A stretch of DNA of 60,596 bases, the filler included, from Catajapyx aquilonaris (Eukaryota), in assembly GCA_000934665.2 (NCBI GenBank). It is 2 parts of 2 records of this genome, joined end to end, with 100 filler letters (N's around TTAATTAATTAA, not from the genome) between each part and the next. Parts side by side here need not be neighbours in the genome. Positions count along the whole stretch, not along the records: positions 30,348 to 60,596 come from JYFJ02004674.1; 1 more part is not named here. One strand, 5' to 3'. Each line of letters starts with the position of its first letter. The stretch's first letter is position 1. A model generated the notes under the pieces. The model was given only the letters and a program-made list of their open reading frames with translations, was not told where the DNA came from and ran no database searches. Of this stretch, positions 57,444-60,596 are shown piece by piece. The position numbers and the translations under genes were made by a program.

Positions 57444-59651
57444 TCTGCTGTCCCCTTCTGCTATGCTGTCCTTCACTGTCGAAGAAAAAGACAATGCAGG
57501 ACACTTCTGATGGTGTGAAATCTGTGGAAGGGAGGCTGGTGGGATGAGACGATTTGGTGATATCGATTTGGAATCCGTGGCGGATTTGATCTCCCCTCCT
57601 CTGTCGGATGTGAAGGGACTACTATAAGAGAAAAAGTCCTGCTATATCCCCCCTACCCCAGACGAAGGGTGTCTGAGCACTTGGAAGACACAAAGTCAGC
57701 CATTTGGTGCTGACTTTAAGTCTGCTTCGCCACGTTTGGCGTGGAAGTGGGTTTTATGTAGTCAAGTGCTTTTAAAATTAGTGTACGGTTGGTTAAGCTG
57801 AAAAATGAACCTTGACTTTAATACCGACTGTACACTGTACATCCTATGCCGGTATGTGAATAGTTACATTCTTGAGCAAACACGCCACTGCACTGCATGA
57901 ATTCCTAAGCTGTCCTGTTCACACGCAGAAGTTTGCCTAATAAATGTTGCGGTAGGAACATGAATGAAATACTGCATATAGCGTCACAACAAGACCTGTA
58001 ACTCGCTGAGGGGTTATGTCATCGTTGCCTTCTCTGATTTGGAAGGTTTTCCCTGACCAGCTTCAATCCAATAAGTTACGTGCATTTCGAACCCTGCACC
58101 TGCATGGCGTTTATAATGGGAATGAATAATTAGAGGTTGATTGGGGGGAGGGGGGGGGGGTCAGTGGCACGTGACAAGGTCACGTGAGTCACTTCTAAGA
58201 AACTTGGTTCCACTTTTGTTTCTCCTTTTACCCACACGGTATGCATAAGATATCATGCAATATTCCAAGGTCAGTGTTCCTTGTCGGATTCGTTCTTTCG
58301 TTGATAAGTCTTTTAGTGCAATTTACGGCATCATTTACGTACATGCGCAACTTTCGAAAGCGGCCACATAATGAAATTATATATGGAAATGTTTCTGGAC
58401 ATGTCTATACTACAAGTACATAAAAACTTCAACGAGTGCAAAATTTCCACAAAAAAGGCATTGAAACGACGTGGTTATGTGACCTTTTACCTTTCTATCG
58501 TGAAGCCCTATATAAATCCCTAAAAATATTCTCACAGCTCCAGAAGCGTGATTCCTCATGCAGTTATAGCCCTTGCGAAGCTTGAAGTATCTCATATTGT
58601 GGTTGGTTTCAAGTGTTCCGAGTCATAAGTTTCGTCTTCCTGATTCACCTAGAATCCTAGATGGATTGAAATTTTATTGAATCGGCCAAGAATCATAGAC
58701 CGCTCCCAATTCGAAATTGTGCGATTTAGGAAATTTATGGAGTAATGAATGTCTGGCCTGGCAGTCTGCCATTTTTATTCTCACCCAGAAGTCGCTTTTA
58801 AAAAATGGCGTAAAATATTGGGAAACGCCTCGAAAGACCAGTAGGCTACATAGCCTATGATCCAGTGTGAATTTATCCAGCTCGTGACGTTTTGCCTCAC
58901 CACTAATCAACTATTCTGACGTCTGAACCTTATCTTTGTGGCCAGTGTGATTCCGTCTTGTTAGCGTAGTGCTTCCCGTTCAGTTTACTAAAACTAGGTG
59001 TGAGATACAACATGACCTTTTCTTCCAACGTTACCAAGGAAGGCCCTTTCATTTCTTTCCATCTTGGACGGCTCAACGACCCTCAAACACTCGACCGATG
59101 CAGAATAGTAACGGTGGGAGTTTGTTGTATGTTTTGGTCAAGTTTGTGTGGTTGAAGGACCTGCTATGAATGAAATCTAACTCAAACTATGTGTTAGTCT
59201 CCAATGAAACAAGAGAAATATAAATGGAAACAAACTATCTAGTGATCATACAACTATTGTTTCAGACTTTATACTATTTGAAGTGTATGTCTTTCCGCCA
59301 TTCCGAAAATCTTCCTCGGAATTTTTAAACAACTTCGAGTGGCCCAGGGCTCTGAAATTTGCTTACAATGATAATACAGTCTATTAATTAAAAATAAACT
59401 TCAATTATTGGAATCTCCCATCTCATACAGTCTGCTAATGGCTTTTTCATCGACTGACAATGAGCTGAAAGGGTTGAATCATAAAATGCCAGCCAATTTG
59501 CATGTTATATAAAAAATAAAAATAACGATTAAATCAAAACGTAAAATCCCTTAATAACTGTAAGGTGCAATAAAAAAGTAATTTCTCTTTGGTGTTTACG
59601 AGCGAAGTATGTGCAGTAGACATAGTTGAGCGAGAATGAATATAGAGAAGT

Positions 59652-59940
59652 GGTAGGGCTGGTCTAGTGGCTGAGACGCAGCACCATGATCTGAAGGCAG
59701 CTGGATCGAACCCAACTCTGGGGAATTTATTTTTTTCGCTCACGTTATCTAGTTCGATCGATTATCCATCCGTTGATTCCGGTAAATAGGCTGGTACACC
59801 CACAATCTCTTTGCAACGGAGTTATAGCTCAGTGGTAACACATCAGTCTCTCAATTGAAGGGTTCTGGGATCTAAACCGGCAGAAGTGGCCATCCCAAAT
59901 GCCCCCACCCTTAACCCTCCCCAAAGTGGGTTAATTTACC
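59652..59940 (+). mobile_element. Degenerate tRNA-like SINE heads
   Basis: TGGTCTAGTGG..GGATCGAACCC (59660-59713) and TAGCTCAGTGG..GGATCTAAACC (59825-59878) are A/B-box remnants without an intact cloverleaf. Confidence 0.4.
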
Positions 59941-60596
59941 TTACACCATCAGGGAATGGCCTGACAGTACACCTCAACACTTCTTATTTTCGCCTGTAGC
60001 AATATTTATCCTCTGATTCAATCCACTAAGGTGCACTTGCAGCATCTCTGGGACGGTCTTGGGAGTATTTTGAGTCGGTCGTTTAGGACGGAGATTGGTC
60101 GAGAAACGCTCAGAAAAGAGGTTTTCGGTGGCCCTGCACGTAGGTGCTTATGTCACAGCCTCCATCTACCGGGCATGAAGCTGGTCGTGGAGATAATAAT
60201 CTCCTTCTTCCTGACAGCAAGCGTGCACCAGCCAAAGGGAATAGTTGCAGGGAACGAGTCCAGTGCCTGGCAGGCAAGTGGCCAGCATATTATACTCCTG
60301 ATAACAGTATAAGGGCCGTGGTTCGAAGCCTGTGGGGAAGTTGTTTTTTTTTCTCTCTCCCGAACAAAACATACAGCACACTTCTCGTCCATTATTATCA
60401 CTGTTTCGCAACGTTGTCAATAAAATGTTATATGCTCACAGAACACACAATATGAAGATGCGCAGAACTTCGACGCCGTTTTACATAGACTATTATTTTT
60501 TTCATCCCACACTTCTGCTCTATACATTCTTTTTCTTCTATAAATCTTCCCCTTTCTCGTGCCATCCCCTCCACTCTACATCTTTTGAAATGGGAT

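Overview
Eukaryotic (animal, probably invertebrate/arthropod-like) genomic DNA, not a prokaryotic or viral region. It holds seven spliced protein-coding genes, which I assembled by hand from GT-AG boundaries and recognisable motifs: the 3' part of a FERM-PTP gene (PTPN14/PTPN21/Pez, +), NDUFAF7 (+), GCC1 (-, first exon not found), CROT (+), LCMT2/TYW4 (-), KAT2A/GCN5 (+) and a six-blade kelch protein (-). Introns and intergenic DNA are packed with non-autonomous DNA transposons (TA-, TWA-, TTAA-, 4-bp- and 8-bp-TSD types), at least four tRNA-derived SINE families and LINE tails. The most notable observations are a PTP domain lacking its WPD acid, a kelch blade split by a ~400-aa insert, covarying 3' RNA stem-loops shared across unrelated SINEs, a 30-bp P-element-type footprint, back-to-back perfect palindromes, a triple-nested transposon and an artificial six-frame-stop linker in an assembly gap. 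I see no convincing wholly new biological system. All gene names come from motif recognition, not database searches.
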